Source: Terriglobia bacterium (GTDB taxonomy: Bacteria; Acidobacteriota; Terriglobia; 2-12-FULL-54-10). From it: a DNA stretch of 64,000 nucleotides. This document shows, one piece after another, positions 11,883-21,798 of this stretch. The notes under the pieces are model-generated. The model had not been told where the DNA came from. It made no database searches and saw nothing but the letters and a program-made list of their open reading frames with translations. The stretch's first letter is position 1. Every line of letters starts with the position of its first letter. The translations under genes and the position numbers were made by a program. The DNA is taken from positions 448,001 to 512,000 of the forward strand of contig CAXVYR010000003.1 of NCBI GenBank assembly GCA_963666975.2, given 5' to 3'.

Positions 11883-12443
11883 ATGCCGTACATCCAGAAC
11901 AAATTCGAGAAGAACTTCGTGATCAGCACGGTTGACTACATCTTCAACTGGGCCCGGAAATCAGCGATTTGGCCGGTGACGTTCGGCTTGGCCTGCTGCG
12001 CGATTGAGATGATCGCCAGCACAACCTCTCGCTTTGACATTGCCCGCTTCGGCGCCGAAGTCTTCCGGCCCAGCCCGCGGCAGGCAGATTTAATGATCGT
12101 GGCAGGAACGGTGACGCTCAAGATGGCGCCCGTATTGAAGCGCGTGTATGACCAGATGCCCGATCCCAAGTGGCTCATCTCCATGGGAGCCTGCTCGAGT
12201 GTCGGCGGACCCTTCAATACGTATGCTGTCCTGCAAGGGGTTGACCGGATCGTGCCTACAGATGTGTACGTAATCGGCTGCCCGCCCCGGCCGGAAAACT
12301 TGTTTTACGCGCTGTTAAAATTGCAGGACAAGATTGACCAGATGACTTTGGCGAAGCGGCCGACCGAGGTCCGCCTGGATGAGTCGATGGTGGAAAACTT
12401 CCGCAAGCAAATTATGATTGCCCAGACTCCCCAACCCAGATAG
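11883..12443 (+). CDS. nuoB: NADH-quinone oxidoreductase subunit B
   Basis: [37 protein letters not shown]. Confidence 0.95.
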   Translation: MPYIQNKFEKNFVISTVDYIFNWARKSAIWPVTFGLACCAIEMIASTTSRFDIARFGAEVFRPSPRQADLMIVAGTVTLKMAPVLKRVYDQMPDPKWLISMGACSSVGGPFNTYAVLQGVDRIVPTDVYVIGCPPRPENLFYALLKLQDKIDQMTLAKRPTEVRLDESMVENFRKQIMIAQTPQPR

Positions 12444-12470
12444 CCTGCTGGAACCCCCGAGGAGAAAAAC

Positions 12471-12776
12471 ATGTCCGCTTATGTCAAGGTGGCGACCGTT
12501 TCTGATGTTGAGCCCGGCAAGGTGAAAGAAATCACGGTCAACGAAAAGATTATCGCGCTCTGCAACGTGAATGGGACCTTTTACGCCCTGGACAACATTT
12601 GCCTGCATCGAGGTGGCCCGCTCGGACAAGGATATGTGGAAGGGGAAAAGCTGGAGTGTCCCTGGCACGGATGGCAGTTCGAAGTAAAGACCGGCGCCAG
12701 CCCTGTGAATCCCGGCGCAAAGGTCCCCACCTACGAGGTGAAGGTTGAAGGCGCGGATGTGATGGTAGCCTTGTAA
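12471..12776 (+). CDS. Rieske [2Fe-2S] ferredoxin
   Basis: CLH...CPWHGWQF Rieske ligands; RBS GAGGAG. Confidence 0.93.
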   Translation: MSAYVKVATVSDVEPGKVKEITVNEKIIALCNVNGTFYALDNICLHRGGPLGQGYVEGEKLECPWHGWQFEVKTGASPVNPGAKVPTYEVKVEGADVMVAL

Positions 12777-13013
12777 ATTGCGAGTTGGCAGACCTCGGTT
12801 TTCGGAACGGTTCCCACCCTGTTACCCCTCCGAATGAACACCAATTCTCTTGTCCGCAACACCGGGCCGTTGCAAGTAGAAGTATCAAGGCAAGAAGCCG
12901 GTCACGGAGCGGAAATGCGTACGTCCGGGGAAAGGTTGGCAGGTGTTGTATACTGGCGACTACCCCGGAAAAGAAATCCCGGCTAAGGATCAACGCTTCA
13001 CGTAAGGATAACT

Positions 13014-14846
13014 TTGGCAACAACACAGCCCCATGCGCCGGCCACCCAGCTCGTCCGCAACGAAACCATCCGCAACATTGCGATTATCGCGCACGTCGAT
13101 CACGGCAAAACCACGCTGGTGGACGCCATGCTCCGGCAAAGCGGCATCTTCCGCGCAAATGAAACGGTGGCGGATCGCGTTATGGATTCCAATGAGCTGG
13201 AGCGCGAGCGCGGCATCACTATTCTGGCAAAGATCACCGGCGTGCATTACCACGGCGTAAAGATCAACATCGTGGATACGCCAGGCCACAGCGACTTCGG
13301 CGGTGAAGTGGAGCGCGCGCTGAAGATCGCCGACGGCGTTATGCTGCTGGTGGACGCCAGCGAGGGGCCGCTGCCGCAAACACGCTACGTGCTGATGAAG
13401 GCGCTCGAGGCTCGGCTGCCGCCGATCGTGGTCATCAATAAGATTGACCGGCCGGATGCGCGCATTTCCGAAGTCCTCGACGAAATCTACGACCTGTTCA
13501 TCGACCTGGACGCCGCAGAAGACCAGCTTGATTTCCCGGTGATCTACACCAACGCGCGCGCGGGAATCGCCCATAAAGCGCTGGACGACGGCTCCGATGA
13601 CCTGCGGACGCTCTTCGATGCCATCTTGAGCGACATCCCCGGTCCGGCCGGCAATCCCGAAAGCATCCTTCAGATGCTGGTCGCCAATCTGGATTACAGC
13701 GACTATCTGGGACGCCTGGCCATCGGCCGCGTGTTTGAGGGAACCCTGCGGCTGGGTGACACGGTCGGGATCGTCAAGCTGGACGGCTCGCTGCAAAAGA
13801 CAAAAATCACGAGACTCTATTCCTTCGAGGGTCTGAAGCGGGTGGAGGAAACCGAGGCACGGCCCGGCGACATCCTGACCATCGCGGGAGTGGAAGGCAT
13901 CACCATCGGCGAAACCGTCACCGACCCGGAAACGCCGCGCCCCTTGTCGCGCATCCAAATCGACGAGCCGACCATCAGCATGAACTTCACGGTGAACACC
14001 TCGCCGTTTGCCGGGCGCGAGGGCGCCTATGTGACTTCCCGAAATCTGCGCGAGCGGTTGCAGAAGGAACTGCTCACCAACGTCTCGATCAGAGTAGAAG
14101 AGGCCAGCGGACCGGATACGTTCAAGGTGATGGGCCGCGGGGAGCTGCAGCTTGCCATTCTCATCGAAATGATGCGGCGGGAAGGGTACGAGCTGGCGGT
14201 GGGCAAGCCGGAGATTTTGACCAAAGAAATTAACGGCACGCTCCACGAGCCGCTGGAGCTGCTGGAGATCGACTGTCCAGAAACCTTCCTGGGAGTGGTG
14301 ATAGAGAAGCTGGGAAGCCGCAAGGGCAAGGTCGCGAAGATGGTGAACCACGGCTCGGGGCGCGTACGGATGGAGTTCCACGTGCCGTCACGCAGTTTGA
14401 TCGGGTTGCGCAGCGAAATCCTTACCGCCACTCGCGGCACAGCCATCATGAACTCGCTGTTTCACGGCTACATCGAGTGGCAGGGCGACATTCCTTTCCG
14501 GCCTACCGGGTCGCTGGTGGCTGACCGGCCGGGCAAGGCTACAGGCTACGCCATTTTTAATATGCAGGAACGCGGAGAAATCTTTATTACACCGGGCACG
14601 GAAGTCTACCAGGGCATGCTGATCGGAGAAAACGCGCGCGACAAAGACATGGACGTCAACATCGTCAAGGAAAAAAAACTGACTAACATGCGCGCCTCCA
14701 CCGCCGACGACGCGATCCGCCTGGTTCCGCCGCGCATCCTCAACCTGGAACAGGCCATTGAGTTCATTCGGGAAGACGAGATGGTTGAGGTGACGCCGCA
14801 GTCGATTCGGCTGCGGAAGAAAATCCTGAACGCCAGTTTCCGGTGA
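13014..14846 (+). CDS. typA: Translational GTPase TypA/BipA
   Basis: [36 protein letters not shown]-terminal KKLTNMRAS and [11 protein letters not shown]. Confidence 0.97.
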   Translation: MATTQPHAPATQLVRNETIRNIAIIAHVDHGKTTLVDAMLRQSGIFRANETVADRVMDSNELERERGITILAKITGVHYHGVKINIVDTPGHSDFGGEVERALKIADGVMLLVDASEGPLPQTRYVLMKALEARLPPIVVINKIDRPDARISEVLDEIYDLFIDLDAAEDQLDFPVIYTNARAGIAHKALDDGSDDLRTLFDAILSDIPGPAGNPESILQMLVANLDYSDYLGRLAIGRVFEGTLRLGDTVGIVKLDGSLQKTKITRLYSFEGLKRVEETEARPGDILTIAGVEGITIGETVTDPETPRPLSRIQIDEPTISMNFTVNTSPFAGREGAYVTSRNLRERLQKELLTNVSIRVEEASGPDTFKVMGRGELQLAILIEMMRREGYELAVGKPEILTKEINGTLHEPLELLEIDCPETFLGVVIEKLGSRKGKVAKMVNHGSGRVRMEFHVPSRSLIGLRSEILTATRGTAIMNSLFHGYIEWQGDIPFRPTGSLVADRPGKATGYAIFNMQERGEIFITPGTEVYQGMLIGENARDKDMDVNIVKEKKLTNMRASTADDAIRLVPPRILNLEQAIEFIREDEMVEVTPQSIRLRKKILNASFR

Positions 14847-14938
14847 GTTGAGTTGTTGCAACGAGGCCGGGGCAGCGCCGCAAAGGCAGGTTGTATTGCC
14901 GGGCTGTGGTTCCCACCTGAATCAGCATCCGGACATAG

Positions 14939-14976
14939 CATACCAACTGCACATACTAACTGAGGCATACCAACTG
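14939..14976. repeat. Three 11-bp direct repeats (CATACYAACTG)
   Basis: cataccaactg 14939, catactaactg 14952, cataccaactg 14966, between convergent genes. Confidence 0.75.
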
Positions 14977-15011
14977 CCAGCGACTTTTTGATTAGCAGTA
15001 CCTTCCGGGGA

Positions 15012-16181
15012 TCAGCAGCATCCTTCCGGGCCGCAGGAGGATTCCGAGGTGGGTTTGGTGGTTTTGCGGTACCGCTGCCCCTTGGTTTCCTTGGGGTTTC
15101 GCAGCGATGTTTCTTTGCAGGCGAACGGTTTTGCTTTTTTCAACGGAACTTCCTTCAATGGCTCGACCGGCAACACCTGTTCGGCGTAAGACTCTGAGGT
15201 GAGGATGCGGTAGGTCTTGTCGCAAACCGCCATCCGCTTGCCGCGGAACAGCACGTGGCCATCGTCATCTTCCACCTGCTTCCACGGGCCCTTATAAATC
15301 ACAGCCTGATTTCGCTCCCAGCAAGGCCCTTGCTTGCCCTTGCTCGCCGTGACGGTGACGGACCGGAACTCGATGCCACGGATGGTCTGCCATGGCTCCT
15401 GGCCGTACTTGTCAATCTGGACGGCGTGGAAACCGGCATTTTCAAAGGCCTCGATGAACTTGTCTTCCCGGAATGCGCCCGCAATGCACCCGGACCACAG
15501 TTTCGGATCGTTTTGCATGGAAGCGGGGACATCTTCATCGGAGACGATGTCGGAGACGGCGATCCGCCCGCCGCGCTTCAGCACGCGGAACATCTCTCCG
15601 AAAAGCTGTTTTTTATCCTCCTGGCGGATTAGATTCAGAACACAATTGGAGACCAGGATGTCCACCGAATCGTTGGGAATCAGGGGTGCTCCGTTGGCGA
15701 GGCGGGTCTGATAGGCCTCGAACTTTTCCAGTTCCCGGCTGGAGTGAATGGGATTGTTCCGCAGGTACGCATCGATCTCTTCGAGCGGCGATGCCAGGTC
15801 CTGAATCTTCGCGCGATAGAAGGAAACGTTGCTGTAGCCGAGACTCCGGGAGACTTGCGGCTGGTAGCGGCGCGCTAGCGCCAGCATCTCCTCGTTGAAG
15901 TCCACGCCGATGACCTTTCCCTCCGGACCGGTGACTTGCGCTGCGATGTAACAGATTTTTCCGGCTCCGCATCCCAGGTCCAGCACCGTGTCGCCCGGGC
16001 GGACATACCGCGACGGGTCGCCGCAGCCGTAATCCCTCTCCAGGATTTCCTTTGGGATGATCTTCAAGAAGTTGGGGTCATAGTCGACCGGGCAACAGAG
16101 CTCGCTGATTCTTTCCTTCGCAGCCTCAGCATAACGGTTGTAAACAGCAGCTTCCGTATTGACGGTTGAAGTTTTTGCCAT
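15012..16181 (-). CDS. ArsM-like SAM-dependent methyltransferase with C-terminal extension
   Basis: LCCP, YGCGDP, VLDLGCGAG, SNCVLNL, WSGCIAGA; ends in CGPEGCC. Confidence 0.85.
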   Translation of the reverse strand: MAKTSTVNTEAAVYNRYAEAAKERISELCCPVDYDPNFLKIIPKEILERDYGCGDPSRYVRPGDTVLDLGCGAGKICYIAAQVTGPEGKVIGVDFNEEMLALARRYQPQVSRSLGYSNVSFYRAKIQDLASPLEEIDAYLRNNPIHSSRELEKFEAYQTRLANGAPLIPNDSVDILVSNCVLNLIRQEDKKQLFGEMFRVLKRGGRIAVSDIVSDEDVPASMQNDPKLWSGCIAGAFREDKFIEAFENAGFHAVQIDKYGQEPWQTIRGIEFRSVTVTASKGKQGPCWERNQAVIYKGPWKQVEDDDGHVLFRGKRMAVCDKTYRILTSESYAEQVLPVEPLKEVPLKKAKPFACKETSLRNPKETKGQRYRKTTKPTSESSCGPEGCC

Positions 16182-16228
16182 GATTTCCTCTTCACAAAAT
16201 GGAACAGCTGCTCCCTACTGAAATAACC

Positions 16229-17338
16229 CTACTGGAATAGAAAGTAGAGTGCGGAGCCCAGCAGGCCTCCCATCGGCAGTGTAAATAGCCAAGCAAGCAG
16301 AATCTCGCGGACTTTCCTTCCGTTGGTGCGATCGGGTTGCGACAAGCCGACTCCGAAGATGCTGCCAACGGCAGTGTGGGTTGTGGAGACTGCCAGACCC
16401 AAAGGAGAAGCGAGTGTGACCAGCGCCGCCGTTACCAGGTTTGCTCCGGTGCCCTCTACCGGCTGGATGTCGGTTACGTCTTCTGAAACCGTCTTCGCCA
16501 CGCGACGAACCGCCAGCGTGCCTCCCAGCAGCATGGCAACGGCCACCCCGGCAAACGCCGTTCCGGTGGCAACACCCAGAGCAGGCAGCAGCAGGAGGGC
16601 GGCGATCTTCGGCGTATCATTCATGCCCCGGGAAAAACTGATCAGCCCTCCGGAAAACCAGTGTAACACCTCGTTCACATCGGTGCGCCATTTGGCTCCC
16701 GGCGAGTGTACGGCGCAGGCCGCTGCGGTGTCGATTGTGATCGACGGAAGAAGATCTCCAGGCGTTGGTTGAGAGGGCATCGCCAGTGTTTCTGCGCCGA
16801 CTAGGGCCGGGGACATTTGTGCAGGAGTCACGCAGATACAGGTTCGTGTCACGGAGAAAATACGGCGCAGCAGGGGAAACGTGGACCACGTCAAGCCCAT
16901 AGCCGCCAGGGGAGTGAGAAGCAGCGGCAGGAATACCGTCATTCCCAAAACTCCCGGATGAAAATTGCTCCACCCTCCGGCTAGCAGAGCCGTTCCTGTC
17001 AACGCACCCGCTAAAGCGTGCGTGGTCGAAATAGGCATCCCAATTTTCACTGCCACAAAAACGGTGAGGGCAGCTCCGCCCCCTACGGCCACAAGGAAGG
17101 ACTCGGCGTCTATGCCGGAGTGGATCAGCCCGGCACCGGAAAAAATAGGCAGCAGCTTGGCGGCAAACCATATCCCTGCAACGGAACCCAGGGCTGTCCA
17201 GACGGCCGCCCAGGTGACGGCGCGCCCAAAACTGTAGTAGCGGCTCTGGCGGAGCGTTGCCACTCCCTTAAAGTTATCGTTGGCCCCGTTGGAAAAAGCC
17301 AGAAAGAATACAGCCGCCAGTAAGATGAAGTCCATCAT
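16229..17338 (-). CDS. Inorganic phosphate transporter (PiT family)
   Basis: NGANDNFKG, PISTTH, GMNDTPK, VSTTH. Confidence 0.88.
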   Translation of the reverse strand: MMDFILLAAVFFLAFSNGANDNFKGVATLRQSRYYSFGRAVTWAAVWTALGSVAGIWFAAKLLPIFSGAGLIHSGIDAESFLVAVGGGAALTVFVAVKIGMPISTTHALAGALTGTALLAGGWSNFHPGVLGMTVFLPLLLTPLAAMGLTWSTFPLLRRIFSVTRTCICVTPAQMSPALVGAETLAMPSQPTPGDLLPSITIDTAAACAVHSPGAKWRTDVNEVLHWFSGGLISFSRGMNDTPKIAALLLLPALGVATGTAFAGVAVAMLLGGTLAVRRVAKTVSEDVTDIQPVEGTGANLVTAALVTLASPLGLAVSTTHTAVGSIFGVGLSQPDRTNGRKVREILLAWLFTLPMGGLLGSALYFLFQ

Positions 17339-17710
17339 CCGTGTACCTTGCTTAATTTCGACTACTGTTCATAGCCTTTGCCTGCTTCTCAAATCGTAAC
17401 GCACGCTCGTAGAAAGAGTTAAATAGCCCGCCGCTGGAGGAAGAGGAAGGTGAAACGGAAATCGCAAAAAATGCCACTTTTATGGTCTCATAAGCGCTGT
17501 TCCGCCGCAACTGTGCAGCCGGCCGGTCTGCGGAGACACCCATTAGATAGCTTGGAGAGCCTCCAGGGTGCAAAATACTTTCTTCCTTCCACTACCGCCG
17601 GCGCGAAATGCCGGTGCGCTTGTCCGTTTCGTCTGCTTAGAGGTTGTGATAGGCTGAAAGGTCCCGGCGAAACAGGAATTTTCTCGCAACGGACACAAAC
17701 GGATTGGCTT

Positions 17711-18625
17711 ATGCCCGAACTCCCGGAAGTCGAAAACGTCGTGCGCAGCGTGAAACCGCTGGTATTGGGGCGGCGGATTACGGGCGCCGAGTGGCGCTGG
17801 TCCGGCGCGGATAGCAAGGGTCAGCCCGTGGCGCCGCGAATATTTCAGACCCCGCTTCCGGAGTTTCACAAGGCGCTCTGCGGCGCGCGGATTGAGGATG
17901 TTTCGCGGTATGGAAAAAACATCGTGTTCCATCTCAGCCACGGTACTCGGGGAAGTGTCCCGTTATTTTTTTTGGTTCATTTGGGAATGACTGGGCGGTT
18001 GACCTGCGAGGGCACATCGGAATTTCTGAACAAGCATACACATCTGGTCCTGAGTCTGGATGAGCCGGGCCGCTGGCTTCATTACACCGATATTCGCCGC
18101 TTCAGCCGCTTACGCGTTACCAACCATCTCCAGCACGAGCTGGGCGGGTTGGGGCCGGACCCCCTGGAAGTTTCCTTTGAAGAATTTTTTCACCTGCTTC
18201 GCTCCCGGCGCGCGATGCTGAAGAGTCTTCTACTGAACCAGCACTTTTTGCGCGGGATGGGCAATATCTATGCGGATGAAGCTCTCTTTCGAGCGGGCAT
18301 CCACCCTGCCGCTTGCGCCTCCCGGCTGACCCGAAAGCGCGCCCTCGGACTTTATCAGGGAATACGGGAAATTTTGGGGATCGCCATTGAACAGGGCGGC
18401 TCCTCCATCGCCAATTATGTGGACTCTCAGGGACGCCCTGGAAAATTTCAACTGCTGCACCAAGTTTACCGCCGTACCGGGCAGCCTTGCTTCCGGTGCG
18501 GCGCACGCATCCGCAAGATGTTGATTGCGAGCCGGAGCACTCATTTTTGCCCCCGTTGTCAGCGGGAAACGCGCAGAGTAACCCTCCGGAGCAAATCCGT
18601 GGTGGAAAGGAAAAAGATACAGTGA
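17711..18625 (+). CDS. mutM: Formamidopyrimidine-DNA glycosylase
   Basis: N-terminal MPELPEVE (start 17711), HLGMTG, GMGNIYADE, C4 zinc finger. Confidence 0.96.
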   Translation: MPELPEVENVVRSVKPLVLGRRITGAEWRWSGADSKGQPVAPRIFQTPLPEFHKALCGARIEDVSRYGKNIVFHLSHGTRGSVPLFFLVHLGMTGRLTCEGTSEFLNKHTHLVLSLDEPGRWLHYTDIRRFSRLRVTNHLQHELGGLGPDPLEVSFEEFFHLLRSRRAMLKSLLLNQHFLRGMGNIYADEALFRAGIHPAACASRLTRKRALGLYQGIREILGIAIEQGGSSIANYVDSQGRPGKFQLLHQVYRRTGQPCFRCGARIRKMLIASRSTHFCPRCQRETRRVTLRSKSVVERKKIQ

Positions 18626-19587
18626 AACGGTTTTCTGTAGGGGCCGACCTGGGTGGAACCAACCTCCGCATTGCTGCCGTGGATGAATCGGGGAAGGTGT
18701 TTGAAAAAATCTCGCTGGCCACGCGCGCACAGCAAGGGCGCGATGCGGTGGTTCGCGAGCTGTGCCGGGCCATCAGGGAACTCACAAAAAAGCAGGAAGG
18801 GGCCGGTTCCTTCGCAGGGATCGGCATCGGGATTCCAGGTATCATCTACTTGAAGACGGGGACTGTGCGTCAATCCCCGAACCTGCCGGGGTGGGAGAAT
18901 TATCCCGTGCGGGATGAGATTGAATCGCTGCTGGGGGTTCGTGTATTTTTGGAGAATGATGCGAATGTTGCCGCCCTCGGAGAAAAATGGATCGGCCTGG
19001 GGCGGGACGTCAGCAGTCTCTGCATGCTGACCTTGGGCACAGGGGTCGGCGGCGGGGTGGTATTGGACGGAAAAATCTGGCACGGCTTTCTGGGCATGGC
19101 GGGCGAACTGGGACACATGGTTGTCGCCGAAAATGGTCTGGCGTGCCGCTGCGGCGGCCAAGGGTGCCTGGAGATGGAGGCTTCCGCAAGCGCAATTGTG
19201 CGCCAGGGAGAAGAGCTATTGGCTGCGGGACGCAGCCCGGCTCTGGCCGAGGCGCGATCCAAGGCCGCCAAACTGACGGCAAGGATGATCTACGAGACTG
19301 CAAAAGCAGGGGACCCGGCTTCCAAAGCGATCTTTGAATCGGTCGGGCGATACCTGGGAATTGGAATTGCCGGCCTGACGAATGCCCTGAATTTGCCGTT
19401 GTATGTGATTGGCGGGGGCGCGGCTGCGTCCTGGGACCTGTTTGCTCCGGCGATGATGGAGGAAGCACGCAAGCGGTCTTTTATTTTCCGCGAGGGAAGC
19501 ACCCGCATCGAGAAAGCCGTTCTGAAAGGAGATGCAGGACTCTGCGGGGCAGCCTATCTGCCCCTCCAAGTCTCCGCAGAGCAATAG
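18622..19587 (+). CDS. ROK family sugar kinase (glucokinase)
   Basis: DLGGTN, LENDANVAALGE, GTGVGGG, GELGH, CRCGGQGCLE; GTG start overlaps the mutM stop. Confidence 0.92.
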   Translation: MKRFSVGADLGGTNLRIAAVDESGKVFEKISLATRAQQGRDAVVRELCRAIRELTKKQEGAGSFAGIGIGIPGIIYLKTGTVRQSPNLPGWENYPVRDEIESLLGVRVFLENDANVAALGEKWIGLGRDVSSLCMLTLGTGVGGGVVLDGKIWHGFLGMAGELGHMVVAENGLACRCGGQGCLEMEASASAIVRQGEELLAAGRSPALAEARSKAAKLTARMIYETAKAGDPASKAIFESVGRYLGIGIAGLTNALNLPLYVIGGGAAASWDLFAPAMMEEARKRSFIFREGSTRIEKAVLKGDAGLCGAAYLPLQVSAEQ

Positions 19588-19644
19588 CAACGCCCGAGTC
19601 GGCTGCGAGATTCCGGCAACGCTGATTACGCAGAAACAGAACTC

Positions 19645-20949
19645 ATGAAATCCGAACACCTCCAACTGTTGAAAGACGCCATGCAGCGATTCGCCGGCCT
19701 GCCGCCGGAGGTGTTTTTCAAAGAGGACCTGCTTCGCCTCGGGCTTTCACTGGGTTCCTCTGGTTCTCCGGAGGGCTCCTATCAGAAAAAATCATATTTT
19801 ATTTTTTCTTTTGACCGAACGCCGATTCGTGAAATGCAACAGCAAGAAAACCTGCGCGCGCCGGAAGAGATTGCATTGATGGGCGGACCCTTCGGATTGC
19901 GCCGGACGATCGTTTCTGTGCGCCTGAATCCGGCGTCACCTTACCGCCTGGAGGGAACCGGTGACGGCATTGCTCTGCTGCTGGAAGGCGAGACGCTTTG
20001 CCGCGTGGAGTTTCCTCCCGAGCCTCCCCACTATCGCAAACGCCTGAGCAACGGTAAATCCGTATCGGAGATTGCCCCGACCATCGAGTGGGGCTATCTG
20101 ATTTATCTCACGGTTTTTCGGCGCTGCCAGTACGTGGGGTCAGCGCAAGAGTGCCAGTTTTGCGATATCAACAATAACTATGAACAGCAGCGGGCTGCTG
20201 GCCTTCCCTACACCTCGGTAAAGTCCGTGGAAGAAATATTGGAGGCGCTGGAAATCCTCGCCTCCACCGACACCCGCAGCAGGGCCTACACGCTGACCGG
20301 CGGCAGCGTCACCTCCACGCTGCGCGGCAAATCGGAGGCCGATTTCTATGTGCAGTATGCAGCGGCCATTGAGAAACGCTTTCCGGGAAAATGGATCGGA
20401 AAGGCTGTGGTGCAGGCGTTGCCGGAAGAGGATCTCCGGAAGTTTCACGATGCCGGCATACGCATCTACCATCCCAACTACGAAGTATGGGATGAGCGCC
20501 TGTTCGCGCTGCTGTGTCCCGGAAAGCAGCAGCACATCGGGCGGCAGAAATGGATGGACCGCATCCTGGCCGCGCGGGAGGTGTTCGGGGCTTCTTGTGT
20601 GATCCCGAACTTTGTCGCCGGAATTGAAATGGCGCGGCCTCACGGCTTTGATTCCGTGGATGACGCCATTCGCTCCACTGCGGAGGGTTTGGAGTTTTTT
20701 ATGTCTCAGGGAATCACCCCGCGCTTTACCACATGGTGCCCGGAGCCGACGAGCGAACTAGGGTCACAGGAACCCGCCCCGCTGGAATATCATCTCCGCC
20801 TGCTGGAAGTGTACCGCGATACAATAGAGAGGCATCGCCTGGACCCTCCGCCGGGTTACGGTCCCGCCGGCGCGGGGCAGGCGGTTTTTTCGGTTTCTTC
20901 TTTTATGGATGTTCTCCCCTCCGCTACGATGAGTGAAACGGCACAATGA
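19645..20949 (+). CDS. Radical SAM protein with non-canonical CX8CX2C motif
   Basis: CQYVGSAQECQFC at 20125-20163; TLTGG, HPNYEVWD, CPGK. Confidence 0.85.
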   Translation: MKSEHLQLLKDAMQRFAGLPPEVFFKEDLLRLGLSLGSSGSPEGSYQKKSYFIFSFDRTPIREMQQQENLRAPEEIALMGGPFGLRRTIVSVRLNPASPYRLEGTGDGIALLLEGETLCRVEFPPEPPHYRKRLSNGKSVSEIAPTIEWGYLIYLTVFRRCQYVGSAQECQFCDINNNYEQQRAAGLPYTSVKSVEEILEALEILASTDTRSRAYTLTGGSVTSTLRGKSEADFYVQYAAAIEKRFPGKWIGKAVVQALPEEDLRKFHDAGIRIYHPNYEVWDERLFALLCPGKQQHIGRQKWMDRILAAREVFGASCVIPNFVAGIEMARPHGFDSVDDAIRSTAEGLEFFMSQGITPRFTTWCPEPTSELGSQEPAPLEYHLRLLEVYRDTIERHRLDPPPGYGPAGAGQAVFSVSSFMDVLPSATMSETAQ

Positions 20950-21746
20950 CCCCGCCACTGTTGCGCGTTTCCGCCGTATCTTATCTGAACACGGCACCCC
21001 TGATCTGGGGGATGCTGCACGGACCCCAACGAGGCTATTTTGATCTGGACTTTACCGTGCCTTCAAAATGCGCCGACGCTTTGCGAACCGGACAGGCTCA
21101 GGCCGGCATCATGCCTTCCATTGAATACCAACGGATTGAAAATCTGAAAATTGTGCCCGGCCTCTCCATTTCCTCTTCAGGGCCTGTGCGCAGCGTCCTG
21201 CTGATATCCCGCTGTCCCGTAGGCCAGATTCAGAGCCTGGCGCTCGACACCTCCTCGCGGACATCTGCCTGTCTGGCGGAGATATTATTGAAACGTCACT
21301 ACAAAATTGCGCCCTCGCTCAAGCCAAGCGAGCCGAACCTCTCTGCGATGCTCCAAGAGTGCGACGCCGCCTTGGTGATCGGCGATCCCGCTTTGGCCTC
21401 GGAAATGCCCGGGCTTCACGTCCGCGACTTGGCCGAAGACTGGCACACGATGACCGGCCTCCCTTTCGTATTCGCGTTCTGGGCGGTGCGCAGCGAAGCG
21501 GCTTCTGCGGAACTGATCGCGCCTTTTCAGCAGTCGGCAGCCTATGGCCTGGAACACGTAGAGGAGATCGCTCAGTCGGAGAGCAAGCGGACCGGGTTGT
21601 CCGTCTCCCTGATCCGCGCTTATTTGACGGAAAACATTAAATTTTCTTTGGACGGGAACAACCTGCGGGGCCTGCAACAGTTTTATTCCCTGGCGCAGGA
21701 ACTGGGATTGACCAACGGCACCAAGCCATTGGAATTCATCGCTTGA
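20946..21746 (+). CDS. mqnA: Chorismate dehydratase (futalosine pathway)
   Basis: VSYLNTAPL, GPVRSVLL, SSRTS, LVIGDPAL, TGLPFVFAFW. Confidence 0.92.
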   Translation: MTPPLLRVSAVSYLNTAPLIWGMLHGPQRGYFDLDFTVPSKCADALRTGQAQAGIMPSIEYQRIENLKIVPGLSISSSGPVRSVLLISRCPVGQIQSLALDTSSRTSACLAEILLKRHYKIAPSLKPSEPNLSAMLQECDAALVIGDPALASEMPGLHVRDLAEDWHTMTGLPFVFAFWAVRSEAASAELIAPFQQSAAYGLEHVEEIAQSESKRTGLSVSLIRAYLTENIKFSLDGNNLRGLQQFYSLAQELGLTNGTKPLEFIA

Positions 21747-21798
21747 ACTGAACTGATGAACGGATTGCAACTTTTAATGTTGTTGGCGGAGGTGACCG

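Noticed and set aside
12777-13013. ncRNA or riboswitch upstream of typA
   Set aside because: No recognisable family motif; only a plausible extended -10 (TGTTGTATACT).
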